A DNA stretch of 64,000 nucleotides. Origin: Paramecium tetraurelia (Eukaryota). Where the stretch lies: the NCBI GenBank assembly GCA_000165425.1, contig CT868496.1, positions 310,001 through 374,000 on the forward strand, given 5' to 3'. Shown here piece after piece: positions 27,519 to 42,776 of this stretch. Position 1 is the stretch's first letter; every line of letters begins with the position of its first letter. The position numbers were made by a program, and so were the translations under genes. The notes under the pieces are model-generated. The model was not told where the DNA came from and did not search any database. It saw nothing but the letters and a program-made list of their open reading frames with translations.

Positions 27519-27951
27519 GTTTTTTTATTAATATTAATGAAATTTAATAAATAATATTCTACTAATCCTAATAGAAATTAGAATTATCTTTCATAATTAC
27601 AAATCTTTATTTTAATAAGGTGCTTTAATCTCATCAATTTATCACCTAAATACTTACAACCTGTCTAATAGATAGATATAATAGAATTTGATCATAATTA
27701 TAATTAATATATATATAAATTTATTCAAGTTTACTATCTTCTACTTCTATCTCTTATATATAAATATATAATTATATATCTAAATACATTCCACCCTCAC
27801 ATTAATCCAAATCTATTTGAAACTATAATAATTATATATTAGAACTCATTTACTTTTTATCCCATATTACTTTCACTCAATTCAAATATAGTATGAGTTA
27901 ATCTATTTAATTCTTTATTATTAACTGTTTTAAATAATTTCAAAATAACAT

Positions 27952-28621
27952 ATGAAATCAGGCAGCTCATGGTTAAATGCTGTATAATTGAATCCACTTG
28001 ACTTTGCTGAAATCGATTACTTGGATCCGGCATTAAAGGATGGACACAAAGTCCTATATGATCGCATTTTAAACATAAATATTCGATTCTAAGATCGGTT
28101 CTCAGAAGTCTAGGAACTTAGTTAACCAGAACCTATTCGTCTACGAGTCTTATAACTAGTAACGATATTGTTTAATTAAGGGGAATTGATAGTAATCCAT
28201 AATCAATTAAAATTGAAATTAGTTCAGAGAAGGATTTGTTCTTTTTATTTCATCACGAAGCCACAGTTAATGGTTTCACTCAAATAAAAGCATTATAGAA
28301 CTTGCAAATGCCTTTTAAGGATTATGCTCAGATCACAATAATAAGGTCGAATAAAATTATAATGGGTATTATAATGATCTAGATGTCATTAGATATGGAG
28401 CCATTTTCTAAGTGATGTTGGATGGGTCTGCCAGATTGGAAATCAATTAGACAACGGAATTCCGAAGTGTGCACATGATTCACTTTGACTTTCATTAAGT
28501 TGAGGAGTCCTTCCTTAGGCAAACCATAGTATTTAAATACAATCAACAACGAAAAGAAATCAAGTATCTTACTCAATCACTTAACGAATGCCGAATGAGA
28601 GCCACTGGAACATTCAAATGA
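27952..28621 (+). CDS. SAS-6 N-terminal domain protein (SAS6-like, short coiled coil)
   Basis: DPALKDGHKVLYDR...IKIEISSEKDLFFYF...DGSARLEINQTTEFR...LRQTIVFKYN matches the SAS-6 head fold pattern. Two small introns, no long coiled coil. Confidence 0.78.
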
Positions 28622-28653
28622 TTTAAAATTTTTATATACGTGGTCATACAATA

Positions 28654-29232
28654 TCAATTTTAGAACTTATCATTGACTTGTTACTTTACTTTCTCTTGAA
28701 CCTTCTAGAAACCTTTGTCAATTTTCTCGTGATGCTTCAAATAAAGGGGATGAACAAACTATAATGAATAAACTACGTCACAGTACCTAATCATACAATT
28801 TCTCAGCTCCTTTGACTTATGGGTGGAATAAGGCAACAAAGAGTGCTAATTTCAAGATGTGGTAAAAGGGAATGAACTCCAATGCAAATCCAATTGAGGC
28901 ATCTGCCAAAGTGATGATTGAAAATAGAATCCAATAGGTTAACCATTGCTTGTCATCATTTTCACCTACATTATGGAGAATAACATACCTGCAGACTCAA
29001 TGGCTTGAATGCTTCTATATGCTGGATAGATGATGGAAATGAATGTTGAGAGAAAACGTGCTGCAATTCCAAACAAAATGCTAAAGAGAGCAACAGAACT
29101 AGCAATAAAAACCACATGAGCAGGTCGAACTCCGATTTTGCTGCATGGTCCTTTGAGTATTTCCATTTGATCTGTATTATCAAGTCCAAATTTGGTGATT
29201 AATGGATCAAGCTTTGATAACACTATGTTCAT
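28654..29232 (-). CDS. TB2/DP1/HVA22 (REEP/Yop1) ER-shaping protein
   Basis: IYPAYRSIQAIES...DDKQWLTYWILFS...FIPFYHILKLALFVALFHP. Confidence 0.92.
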
Positions 29233-29275
29233 TATTTTATTAAATTAAAAATTATTAAAATTTCCAAATTCATGT

Positions 29276-30346
29276 TCATTCGCTTTCAACTGACCATCTT
29301 GCAATTCTATCCAAATTATCATTCAATAATTTTTATGCCTCTTAGACTCTATCCAATATAAACTATCTAGTCAAATGATATAATTATTCACCTCTAATCG
29401 TTTCTGTCTTACAATGTCTCTCCTACTTCACGGACTGCCAATTTCTTAGAATTCAATTCAAATTCCTTTTAATCAAAATGAGCTTCCAATTCTTAAAATG
29501 ATCTAGTACTTTAAGCCAATGAACTTAAAAATATCATATATTAACATTACCTTCTGATTTCTCCACTCAACTTATTGTATAATCTAATATTTTCTTATTC
29601 CTTCTCTTCATCAATTGCTAAACTGTTTAAGACTGCATCTCTCAATCTATTCAACAATTCTTAAATGTGTTCAACCTATTCAGTTTGTAAATGGGCTGTA
29701 ATCTATTTACATATAGATAATGATTAATTACTTAAGCCAAGACTTCCACCATGCTTTCCTCTTCCTAAAGCCTTGATTTCATCCAATAAGTTGTCCTTCT
29801 CAATCAAACTGTGTCCTCCTCCTTATTGTAATTCACTAACACGTACTAACAATTATCCTATGACATCCAAAATAGCATTTTGATCACCGACTCTCTTTTA
29901 ATATGCTTGTTGATCATTTGCAAATAACCCATCAATGATAGTTTATTATTTATTCAACACTTGAATTTTACTTGCTGCTTGTTCTACTGAGACTCTTAAC
30001 TCTTCAACTTCAGTTGCCAAGCCAGAAAATGAAGCCTCCATTTCCTGTTATTTTTCATTGAAATATTTCTCATCTTCTGATTCATCATCTGACAAATGCT
30101 TTCTCAACTCTTCAACGTGATCATTTAGACTTTACAATGTTTCACCCTTCTGAACCATCACCAATAACTCTCCAAATAATCTACCTCCGAATTCACTTTA
30201 TTTTGACTGTTTCCTTGTAAACCAACAATCATTACATAAGTTTTAAACACTTCACTGAATGCACTATGATCTGCTGTCTGTAACATCACATTGCTGCTGG
30301 CTGTCACCAACATTATACATAACAATCCAAATCCAATTCTATTCAT
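29276..30346 (-). CDS. Trichocyst matrix protein (TMP/Grl-like) precursor
   Basis: Signal peptide, SEFGGRLFGELL motif, acidic heptad coiled coils split by a basic/Gly linker, about 320 aa with small introns. Confidence 0.65.
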
Positions 30347-30374
30347 ACCCGTTTTTTATATAATTAATAAAAAA

Positions 30375-31928
<1,554 letters not shown>

Positions 31929-33620
31929 TTATTTGTATTAAAAATATAATAAAAAGTTTATTCTCCACTTTGGAAAATGAAATCATATTGAAATTTATAT
32001 CTATGATTTGATACATGGCATCGAAACTAATATTTCCATAAAATTGGTATTTATGCCAGACTCAGGCATTCAACCAATTTATACATTTAAATATGAATTC
32101 TTTTGACTGCAAATTAAATCTCCTATATTATTTAATATTTATAAACATAATATAATTAAATTACTTAGCTAAATCAAATATATTTTCTGAAATCTATTTT
32201 AAGAAACCTAAAAGTTTTCAAATCTTGTTCCAGTTTTGTTTAGTCAATATTAACTTCTAATTTTAATACAAAATAAATTTAAATATAATTAATCACAATA
32301 TCCTTACTTTGATCAATAACTTGTAATATATTATGAATGTCTTAAGGGAAGAAATCTAAAATTGATCTTGATAATATTATATACTTTGATTGAATGCATT
32401 CAAAAGGATTGTGAAGATATTAAATAGATAATATGTATTAGGTTTTATTAGGTTTTTCCAAATTATCTATATAAATTCTAACTAACTCTAAAATCTCATA
32501 GTTAGAGAGAACTTATTAGCGCTGGATAATGATTTTTGAAATTGCAGTTACTAATATAATATACACTATTCACTATATATTAAGTGAAAATTATAACATA
32601 ATTAATTTCAGTACATATAATATCATTTCTTAATTGATTCAAAAAAATCATCAGGATTATAAATCAAATAATTTTTCTATTAGGTATTTACACATAACTC
32701 AAAGTGCATTAAATGTAGTTTTTATTCTAATCCTTAATATAATTAAAAAATTCTTAAAAAAAGTTAGATTAATTTAAATATTATTTGTTGCTGAGGTAAT
32801 CAAAATGAAAAGATTTTAATAATTATATTCAAATATTAGATTTTTCATATTTTGATAGTCGTTGTATAAATAAAATTCTTCTATTTAACATATATTTATG
32901 ATTAATTTATATAAGTACAGAATTGAATCAAATAATTTTAAATCATCCTAAAATGAAAAGCATTCTAATCCTTATTTAACCTTTCTGTAAATCATAATAT
33001 TGATATATTATAGATGAATTTAATTATATATTATTGTGATTAATTTTATTATAACAAAAATAATTTTTCTTGTAAATGGATTAAGAAATGATCCGAAAGT
33101 GGTTGAATTAATAGAAAATTTAAAGGGTGATTAGGGCATAATAAAATTTGATGAGGAATGTATTGATAGTCCTCCAGAAATTAGACAATTATACCTGACA
33201 TAGATAATAAGTATCAAATCAAGATAGCGAAGTTGTCGAATGAAAAAAAAAAAACAGTATACAGTTATGCTGTCCATAGAAACATTAAAATAGGGGAGAA
33301 AATCTAAAATTATATTAACTAAGCTCAGAATAGAGTTAATTAAACCAGGAGACAAATAAAACCGATTAGATTTAGGACTCAATAAACCACTAGGACTGAG
33401 AATAGCGTTGAAAGATCATACAATATATGTCCTTAACATTCTATTTATCTAAAAAATCGCAAATCTGTTAGGACAAGTTCTGTGATCGGAGCTATTAAAA
33501 CATAATAGTCGAATTCTCAATTGAGCTTCTATAAGAAAAGCTCGATTCCTAAACTGATCACTAAAAGAAACACTCTATTTTCTTAAACAAGACATTCTCA
33601 ATAAATTGAATTTATTAAAT

Positions 33621-34120
33621 ATGAAAAAATATGATGCTATCATTATAGGTGGTGGTCACAATACCCTTGTGGCAGCCTGTTATCTAAACACATTGCAGGA
33701 GGTACTGCTTAAGCTGAGGAAATCTATCCAGAAATATATTTAGTCGATTCCCGTACTTGCTATCTTTGACACATCTTTTAGTAATCAATTAATTGAATTT
33801 ATATTCATAAGGATTGAAACTATTTAGAAAACCTATCTCGAGTATCACAGTCGCAAAAATAAATGGGAATATCTGTTGATTAACTCAGATTCTACTTTTT
33901 GTAAATTGAAAATAGCCAAGTTCTCAAAAGGAGAGAGTGAAGTCTATGATGAATAGAATCATTTCCTATCTGAAATTATAGATTTGTGGAATTACTTATC
34001 AAGATAAATATCCTTATTACTCATCTGCCAAAGGTAGAGGATGTTAATTTAAAGAAAAGTCTTGATGATCTTGTATTATTATTGAAAGTGGACTAAGATG
34101 GTTTGAAAATATAAAGATAA
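33621..34120 (+). pseudogene. Pseudogene of a PYROXD2/phytoene-dehydrogenase-like FAD oxidoreductase
   Basis: MKKYDAIIIGGGHNTLVAACYL (Rossmann GxGxN) is followed by a deletion, then HIAGGTAQAEEIYP...FSRFPYLLSL with frameshifts and in-frame TGAs, and the gene is truncated. Confidence 0.7.
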
Positions 34121-37100
34121 ATTATGCTTTGTTTTATATTAATTATATACATGGTTACATTTAACTTATATCATTGCTACTAACAATTATGCAAAATCAA
34201 ATGCAAAATAATATTGATAATCATGAACCAAATTATAAATAGTAATCGATTTATTTTTTCAATCATTTTTTCGTATAATCTTTGGAATATTTTATCAATC
34301 ATAAATTGTTTAGAGGTTAAGGATTACCCAAAATCTTTTGATTAAATATTTCATTTCAACTTTCTAATACAACTTAATCATGTAGCAACCAAATGAATTG
34401 TGATTTTTGCTTCTTTATTTTTTCTTACTAATTAATATATTTTTGTTTTATTACTATTTATATTTATTTTATTTTGATAAATATTATTCTTATAATTCAT
34501 ATATAGATAATCATTATTATTATTTAATTTAACACGATATAATATACATTATGATATGCCTAACGGTTGTTGATAATAAAGAATATTTTTACTTTTTCTT
34601 TTCTCTCTTATCAGACCTTAGATGCCTGAAACAATTCTTCCTAACGCTTCATAAAGGATATCTTTTTATTGATTGCAAGCCTTAAAATTATAGTAACATT
34701 TCAGAAGTATCAAAATTTGAATACCTAAATATTAAATGAAATCACTTGAAAATTATTTGCCATTTTTTTATATAAGTAATTATTAGATTTTTTTATTGAA
34801 TTTCTTATAGGTTTTCAAAAGAAGCGATTTTCAATTTATTTTTTAACTGAATCAGTTTTCTGGATAATTTATTCAATCTTGGGGTGCCATAGTTTTTAGG
34901 ATAGAATTTCTTAAATACCTTGGAAAATCATATAGGTTTTAAAATTAGATTTGCAGATTTAATTAAATTTATTGAAACCTTTTTAAATCTTTTTGTATAA
35001 TTAGATGCAAAACATTAATAGATACGAAAGAATATATAAATTTTCTATAATTATATATAATTTATATAAGTGATTGTGATTTATTTTATAAATCATTACC
35101 CCAATTAATCTCCTTTTTTATCTTTTAGCATCTTCTCCAATTATAGTTCCAGGGGCTTCTTATCAAATCTGTATTCGCTTTGCTTATAACGGCTTTTTCT
35201 AATATATCATAAAAATTTATTCCATGATATTCAGACAAATGCTAAACTCCACATTTTCTATTGATATGAATTCTAAAAAATTTGTTTTCGATTAAATAGC
35301 ATTGACTTCTCGAAAGTTTTCCCTTTAGATAATATAGATTTAAAATTTTAACTGCTTAAATTTGAATTCTTCATTATTTTAGGAAAAATTGATATCTTAA
35401 CTTTTTAGTAATGTAAACGAAGGACTCAATATTGCGATAGGTCTAAATTGCTATTTATTAGGTTTATTTTGAAAGATTTATTAAAAGGAATTCTACAAAA
35501 AATTGGTTTGTTTTGCTGCTTGATCACTTCAGATATTTTTTGAATGAGGAAATATTTTTGTAATTGTTATTGAAAGTGTCTGCGATGCTACCATTGGAAT
35601 TACTTTATTTACTCACATTTTTGTTATAATTCCTTAATTTCAACTTTGAAAGTAGAGGATGTATAAGGAATTATAGGGGGTATAGGTTTAGTTTTGACAT
35701 AAGATTCAGTCTAGTTATATAATTATTATTATTATTTGCTTTTAAGGAACTAGATTTAAAAAAAAATCAATAATCATTTGCTATCACAAAAATTATAATA
35801 TTTCAAGGTTCTTAAGTTTAGTCTTTATTTCTTTCTTTTTCTTCTTATTATGGATATCTCATTCTAGAAATTGTAATAATAAGTCTTATTCGATAAATAG
35901 GTGCTATTCTAGTATATGTTTGCAGGTTGCTCTTCTTTAGTAAGTTGATCATATGTTTTGCTACTACGCATAAATAATTATCTAATTCATCAGGTATTCT
36001 TGTATTAACTTTCTTATTCATTATTAATTCTAAAAACTGTTAAGAGAACTATTAGGAATACTTAATAGTTGTTTTAATAACATTCCTTTCATTAAATTCA
36101 ATTTCAATTTTAGGATATCTAATTTTTCACACTAATTGCCTATTTATAATATAATCTTACCAGCAGTTCTAGAAACCAATAATTTGTTAATCTATTAACC
36201 TGCCAAAGGTATTGATTTCAGGATAGATAATGGTTTAAAATAAAGTGAAATTTATTTTGGACTATTAAAATCGCCACATATCCTACAAACAAATTATATG
36301 AGGGAAGTATTTTTTAATTATTTATAAAGTACTTGGCTTTACAAAGCTTATATTCCATAAACTTAATCTTATTTCATCATACCTAGTTGTGTTGGGGTAA
36401 CTAATATAAAATCTTTATCTTAAATTTGAGTTACCAGTTTTCATCGAGATTTATCATTTGAGTTATTCACTAATTATCGTAAAAATCCTATATTGGTTTA
36501 ATTAACATTTATTTATTTAAAGTATTAGGTTATGTTCTTAAAGTTTATTACATTCATTACCTATTTTCGTTCAGGTTTTTTAGGTTAACTTATTGTAAAA
36601 TTAGTCTCTGGGGTTTTATATTTTTATATTTGCTATTTATTGGTTTTGTGGCTATAGACCAATAACAACTTTAAATTGAGGGTATTTTTAATATTTTTAT
36701 TAATTTATATATTGTTAAATATTGTTATTAAATTTCTTATTTAGATATTCAATATGACATTCTAAGTAATGTTGTTTGATTCTAAACTAAGCAGGTTTGG
36801 AAGTAGTTGGTATTCAAGAAAATTCTTAATTTCTAAAAAGATACAGAATTTATCTTTGAGAGGATAGCTTAGGTTGAAAGGGTTTAAATTCATATACTTC
36901 TTAATGTATTCTTAGATTAATTTATTAGAGTAAATATATGATATTTTTTGGAAAGTAATGATATTTACAACTTCATATAAATTGATTATCTATCTTATAG
37001 GTAGCTATCATGTCTATAGATGAACAAAATAAAAGGTATCCAATGGATTATGAAAAATACTTAATTAAAAGAAGGAACCAAGAGTTTAAAATTTAGAGAT

Positions 37101-37620
37101 GTTAAACTTGAATAGGATTAATCCCTTAGTTGGATGGAGGAGAGAGCTTAGATATTCGAAAATCCCAACTATAAACGTTAGCAGGAAAGTCATGAACAGG
37201 ACAAAATATAAAGTTGCTCCTTAATTAATGTCTATTTGAAGTAATAATCCTTCAACAAGAGCATGCTTTATTAAATCCTTTCCGAAAAGGAGTTTATCTA
37301 CGGTCTATTCAAAGAAGAATCAATTAAATTTGAAGATAAAGTAGAATAACCCCAGAAAAAATAAAGATGAATTATTTTCATTAATTAATAACACTTGAGT
37401 TTTAGATAACAGGCCATAAAAATATGACTGTAGAATTGAAAATTGCATAATAAATAATTTTACCAAATTGTAATACTCTACTTTTATTATTATTTATTAA
37501 GTAAAATGTTCCGAAAAAATGTATGTGTATAATTTGATCAATAACATCCGAATCACTTATTGTGACTTTTACACTTCAGGTTATCTAATCATTAATAAAT
37601 TAAAATTTTTAAATTCTACC

Positions 37621-39820
37621 ATGTATGAGGTGGCAATTATTTTCAATGAAAGAATATCACAAAATTTACTTTAATCGATTAGCAAATTGCTAAAAGACTT
37701 AGGATTTACATTGACTGTGATCACTCAAAACACATCAATAGTAATGATGCTTTATTTAAGAAATGTAAAACAATATTATATCAATAAATTAGAATGATCT
37801 ACTTTTATAGACTCTCTCAGATCTGCATATTGAATTACCTAAATATTCCAAGAAATCCCATTAAGGATCTCTGATAGCTTAAAATAGAAAGAAATTTGAA
37901 AAGTATCGTCTATTCATTCGAATACGAGAATTCCTCGATAAAAACATAAAAGAAATTGAGTAATATTCCAAATTCAAGTATGATTAAAAGGAAAAGTTTT
38001 ACAATTCCAAAAATGAATTGGAAATTGATTCTTATCTTAGAGAAATAGTTATATATTAGATTTTAGCGACAATAAAGAATAATATTTAAATCAATCCAGA
38101 TAACAGTGGAGAGGAATTTCTATTTGTTGGCTTAAAATAATAAGGAGTGTTATTAGATATTTGTCCAATGAGAACATTTAGACATAGCACTTATAAAGAA
38201 TTAAAATAATGTCTATAATTGAATGCTAATGTATTGGATTATTTAGTTGTGAGAATCAGATCTTAGATGGGTGAGCAAATAGCATTTTATTTTGGTTTTC
38301 TTCTTTATCTAATCAAGAACATGTTGATTTTGGTTGTTTTCGGAATGATCACATATTCTTTGGATGAATATTTTGGTTATGATGTTACAAAATCCCCATT
38401 TGAACCTTTGTATGCTACTTTAACGGTGTTGTGGGCTGCATATTTTGTAAGCTAATGGAACTAAAAATAAAAAGAATACCAAGTAAAATGGAGAAGCCAT
38501 GGTAAGAACTATGATTATATGTCCTCTAAAATCGAGTTGTCTTTATTAAAATGTCTAAAACATAAAAAACATTTCGCCATCTAAGAATCAGTGAAGAAAA
38601 TTATATATTCTAATGAAATGGATCCTGTAACTGGATTGAAGGTCTAAATAAAGTAGAATATATTCTCAATATATCTGAACTCAATTATTCGGATTATTGG
38701 GTATGTGATTGCTTTGGTAGTATTCCTTATAGTTTCTTTGAATATGAGAGGGTATGTGGATTCAAAATAATAATTATATATTGAATAGATTTAGATTCCT
38801 TATTGCAAGAATATTTATGTATCATACTTACTGGCCATTATCCATGTGGTAGTGGTCAATTACTTAAATAGTAAGTACAAATAAGTGTCCATTACAACCT
38901 CATTATCTGAAGATCACAAATGCTTATAAACCTTTGAGAGATCTCTCATCATAAAAAGATTTACATTTGAGATATTTTCAGCATTTTTCGATTTCTTCTA
39001 TATTGGATTTGTGAATGATGATATCAATTAATTGAAACAAGAGATGATTCAAATGTTTATGGTGGATGAATTAAGAAGAATAATGACTGAAACCATCTTA
39101 CCTTCCATTTCCAAATTAAGATTGATTAGATATGAAAAATCTATAGTGAAATCCTTACCTGAATCACAACAAGATACTATATGTTAAGAATTTCAATTGA
39201 ATAATGGTGAGATGCAATAAGTTCTGTAAAGTTAATTGATCTCATGCTTTCTACCAAAGTATGAATCATTTGACGATTATTTGGAAATTATACTTAACTT
39301 TGGTTATGTATGCTTTTTCACATCAGCTGTCAGGATGGCTGGAATTGTAGTTACAACATTTTTGTTTATTGAATTCTTTTCAGATTATTATAAGATCTAC
39401 CATCTATATTAGAAACCTTTTGCAGTCAAATCTAATTCTATTGGTCCCTGGACCAAAGCTATGGATATTATATGTGTTGTGAGTGTCTTTACAAATCTGA
39501 TGTTGTTTTCTGTGGCCAGTGATTAAATAGTCAAATTCTTCCCCAACTTATTTGAAGAAACAAACTCTCAACCCTAAATAACCTAATCTCAGTATGATGA
39601 AATAGAGGATAATGAAATCAAAATCATGGTTACATCCTGTGGTTTATTAACTGCAAGACCACTTCCAAATAAGTCATCCTAAGCCACTTTAGTAGTTATA
39701 TTACTAGAACACATTTTGTTAATTTTGATATACCTCATTAAGAAAGTCATAAATCTTCGTTAAACATGGGTTGACATCTATTTGAAAAGATAAGAATACA
39801 AGCGATCTTTAAAAGAATGA
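37621..39820 (+). CDS. Anoctamin/TMEM16 family Ca2+-activated channel or scramblase
   Basis: IRSQMGEQIAFYFGFL, FERSLIIKRFTFE, MTETILP, YESFDDYLEIILNFGY, IEFFSDYYK and SIGPW motifs, with acidic Ca-binding positions retained. Confidence 0.9.
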
Positions 39821-39907
39821 TATCAAATTATATTTTAAATAAATTATATTCTATTTATCTTTAATGTCTTATACAATCATGCAAAAATTACAATCGTTTA
39901 ATAATTA

Positions 39908-40600
39908 ATGGGATAAGGTTCATCTTGCAGAAACCAAATCATTATTGTTTCTAATTTTCACCATCGAGATTCAGAAGATGAAGATGAACAAGATAATCAA
40001 AATCAAATACATCAACCTGAGTATTCTGATGAGAGTGAAAATTCTTTTATATAATCTTTAAATCAGTTTGAGCAATTTCAAAGGTAATAACAAGAAGCGT
40101 AAATAAGAGAAAGAGAAGAGATTCTTTGGAAACATGTTAAACTATTTGAACTTTTAATTTAAGCCTAATAAGAACAAATTATTTTGAATCGTTTTTTAGA
40201 AGAACTTTAAATAGAAGACAACTAAGATGAGGATCAATTAGAAATTAATATATCATTATTTTATAAGCAAAAACATGGACAACCAATTAATTATCCATGC
40301 AAACATGCTAAATGTCTTACAGTAGCTACTCTGAATTGTCATGGAAAGGTTAATTGCCAAAATGACTGCCCTTCATTTGCTATAAAGGATGCTGTATTTG
40401 ATATCTCAAGGAATTAGATATTTTACAAACATGATCAAAATAAGTTTGGGAATTATGTGTCTATTTAAAAGCCAATTGATATGGCTTAGATATTAGATGA
40501 TTCTTTGTCAAGATCAAATATGAATGAGAGCCAAAAAAATGAATTTTGCAAAAACTTTTCAAAAGTACTATGTTTAGAATTTATGAACTCAAAGAAATGA
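39908..40600 (+). CDS. Hypothetical protein (MGQGSSC acylation motif, C-terminal Cys/His domain), paralogue A
   Basis: 693-nt open frame, C-terminus PCKHAKC...CHGKVNCQNDCPSF...PIDMAQILDDSLSRSNMNESQK. Confidence 0.78.
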
Positions 40601-40754
40601 GCATTAGAAAGGTGATGAAAATTATACCCAAATTATACAATAGGTATAGTTATTTATCACTTTTTATTATTAAGAAATTATATTCTATTTAATTATTATA
40701 TGATTTACGAGCCATAATATCTTCTAAATCTCATAATTTTAAATATCCTTAATT

Positions 40755-41795
40755 ATGTATTAAAAATTGTAAAATAACAACTCTAAAATATAAGGAAGTT
40801 ATCTGCATACACAAAGGTAACTTAAATATTCACACAATTATTGTCAAATTGAAATAGTTTAATAACAAGGTAGATTTTATAATAATCCCACTAATAAATA
40901 TTAAGAAAATTCTAGTTCAGATGAATCAAATTATAAAGTTTAATTTTCATAAAGTGATGATAGTGATAACTAGTAAGATCCATCAGTTTAGGATAGTTAT
41001 AACAAAAAATATGATTCGGAAATCTTATCAAATGATTCTGATAATGATAAATACGAAGGTAATAGTTCGCAAGATGAACAATAAGATCAGTAGGAACTAG
41101 ATGTAAGTTATGAGGTAATCTTTTCGGATGAAGATATTTCTTCTCCAATAGAAAGTTCCCAAGAATGGGAGAAAAATGTTCTAAAAAAATTATAAATTGC
41201 TTCAGATAAAATAGAAAAACTTCAAGAAAGATTGACAAAGCTAGCGAAAGCTACGGAAAACAATTAAAAATAGTTACCTTAAGAGAAAAAATAGATTCCA
41301 CCTTAAGAAGTAAAATTACCTTAACTCCCTTGTTAATAAAAACCATAACCATAATCGACTCCTCAAAAATAATAAAATTCAACAGTAATATCAAGAAATC
41401 CATCTCAATTAAATCCATCTTAAGATCGCATCTTGATCTATAATAAAGTATTTCAAAAATAAGAGATTACCTAAAATAAAAATAAGAACCCTTGCAAACA
41501 CGTTAAATGCCAAAGTTCAGCCTATTTAGATGCTTGTGGGATTGTGACTTGTTAATCTAAGTGTCAATCATTTCATATTACTCAAACGATGTTTGATAAT
41601 GCAAACCAAGTGTTTTAGCGTGGAGAATATAAAGGGCAATTTAATTACTTAAGGACTCCAATTTTGATGGCCTAGCTGGTGAATGATTCTTTAGAAATGT
41701 CCAATATGAATGAATACCAAAAAGGGTAGTTTACCTTATAATTTTAACAAGTATTTGTTAGATTATTACAATTTAATAACAATAATAAAGCTTGA
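40755..41795 (+). CDS. Hypothetical protein with the same C-terminal Cys/His domain, paralogue B
   Basis: C-terminus PCKHVKC...CGIVTCQSKCQSF...PILMAQLVNDSLEMSNMNEYQK, TGA at 41793-41795. The 5' end and intron are approximate. Confidence 0.7.
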
Positions 41796-42117
41796 AAATA
41801 GGATTAATTGAGAAAAGAAAATAAACATTTATTGTATTATATTGAATTTAATATTGAGTATTATAAAAATAAAAAAATGTTAAAAAACGATCTTTTGATT
41901 GAAGGAATCACTATATTGATAGTGAGCATGATATTTTTGATGGTAGGTATGGTTTGGAATAGAGGTAAAGGAGAGTGTTGGAGAATGGGAAAGAATGCAA
42001 GATAGAGATAAGAAAAATGTTAGTTTTCGGATATTTTGACGGATTCAGAATTCAACACTTTATTAGATGAAACCAATTATATTGAATGATGCATGACCTT
42101 ATAATGATAGATGATCA

Positions 42118-42684
42118 TCAAAATTTAAAGAGTTGTCGTGCAAGCATGATCCCTTATTTGAATGCTTGTTATGATGGTTCATAATCTAATTTGCTCATCA
42201 CATAATCACTAACAATTGCAGGGTCTTTTGAATTAGGTCTTCCTATTCCAATTTTTAATCTAATGAATTTATCATCCATATATTAGATAATGGATTTCAA
42301 CCCATTATGTCCTTCTGCACTTCCTCCTTATTTGATCTTACATCTTCCTGGTAAATTTTCTAAGTCATCATGAACAATAATAATATTGCTAGTTTGAATA
42401 TTGGCTTTATCCGCTATTTTTTTTATTGCATGGCCACTAGAATTCATGAAAGAGAGGGGATTAAAAACGATTATGTGTTGAAATGATCCAATAGACCCAT
42501 TTGAACCGTCACTCATTTTTATGCCGAACTCTTTCGCAAGATGCTTAACGAATTATTGTCCAGCATTATGTCTAGTATTTTCATAAATATTCCCAGGATT
42601 ACCCAATCCAACAATTAAATGAGTCCCATTCGGTACCCTTTAGACAGAGAAGGCATATCGAATTTTAAGCAGGAGATATGACAT
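42118..42684 (-). CDS. PTH1: Peptidyl-tRNA hydrolase (Pth1 type, likely mitochondrial)
   Basis: LIVGLGNPG, TRHNAG, FMNSSG, HDDLE, GHNGLKS, RLKIGIGRP motifs, 188 aa. Confidence 0.95.
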
Positions 42685-42776
42685 AAAAGAAATTAAAATT
42701 TTCATTAAATAGTAGTAACATATTTATATACTGTTATACTTATATATAATTGAAAAAAGTAATAATAATTTAAATT

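Noticed and set aside
33621..34120. In-frame TGA as selenocysteine or readthrough
   Set aside because: The TGAs come with frameshifts and a deletion, are not at Cys-equivalent positions, and no SECIS-like hairpin was seen
41808..42110. Purine-rich segment as an ncRNA or small gene
   Set aside because: No snRNA, snoRNA or tRNA motifs were recognised and the candidate ORFs are unconvincing
42118..42684. Bacterial-type Pth as recent horizontal transfer
   Set aside because: Pth1 is a normal mitochondrial protein in eukaryotes, and this gene uses code 6 and has a presequence-like N-terminus
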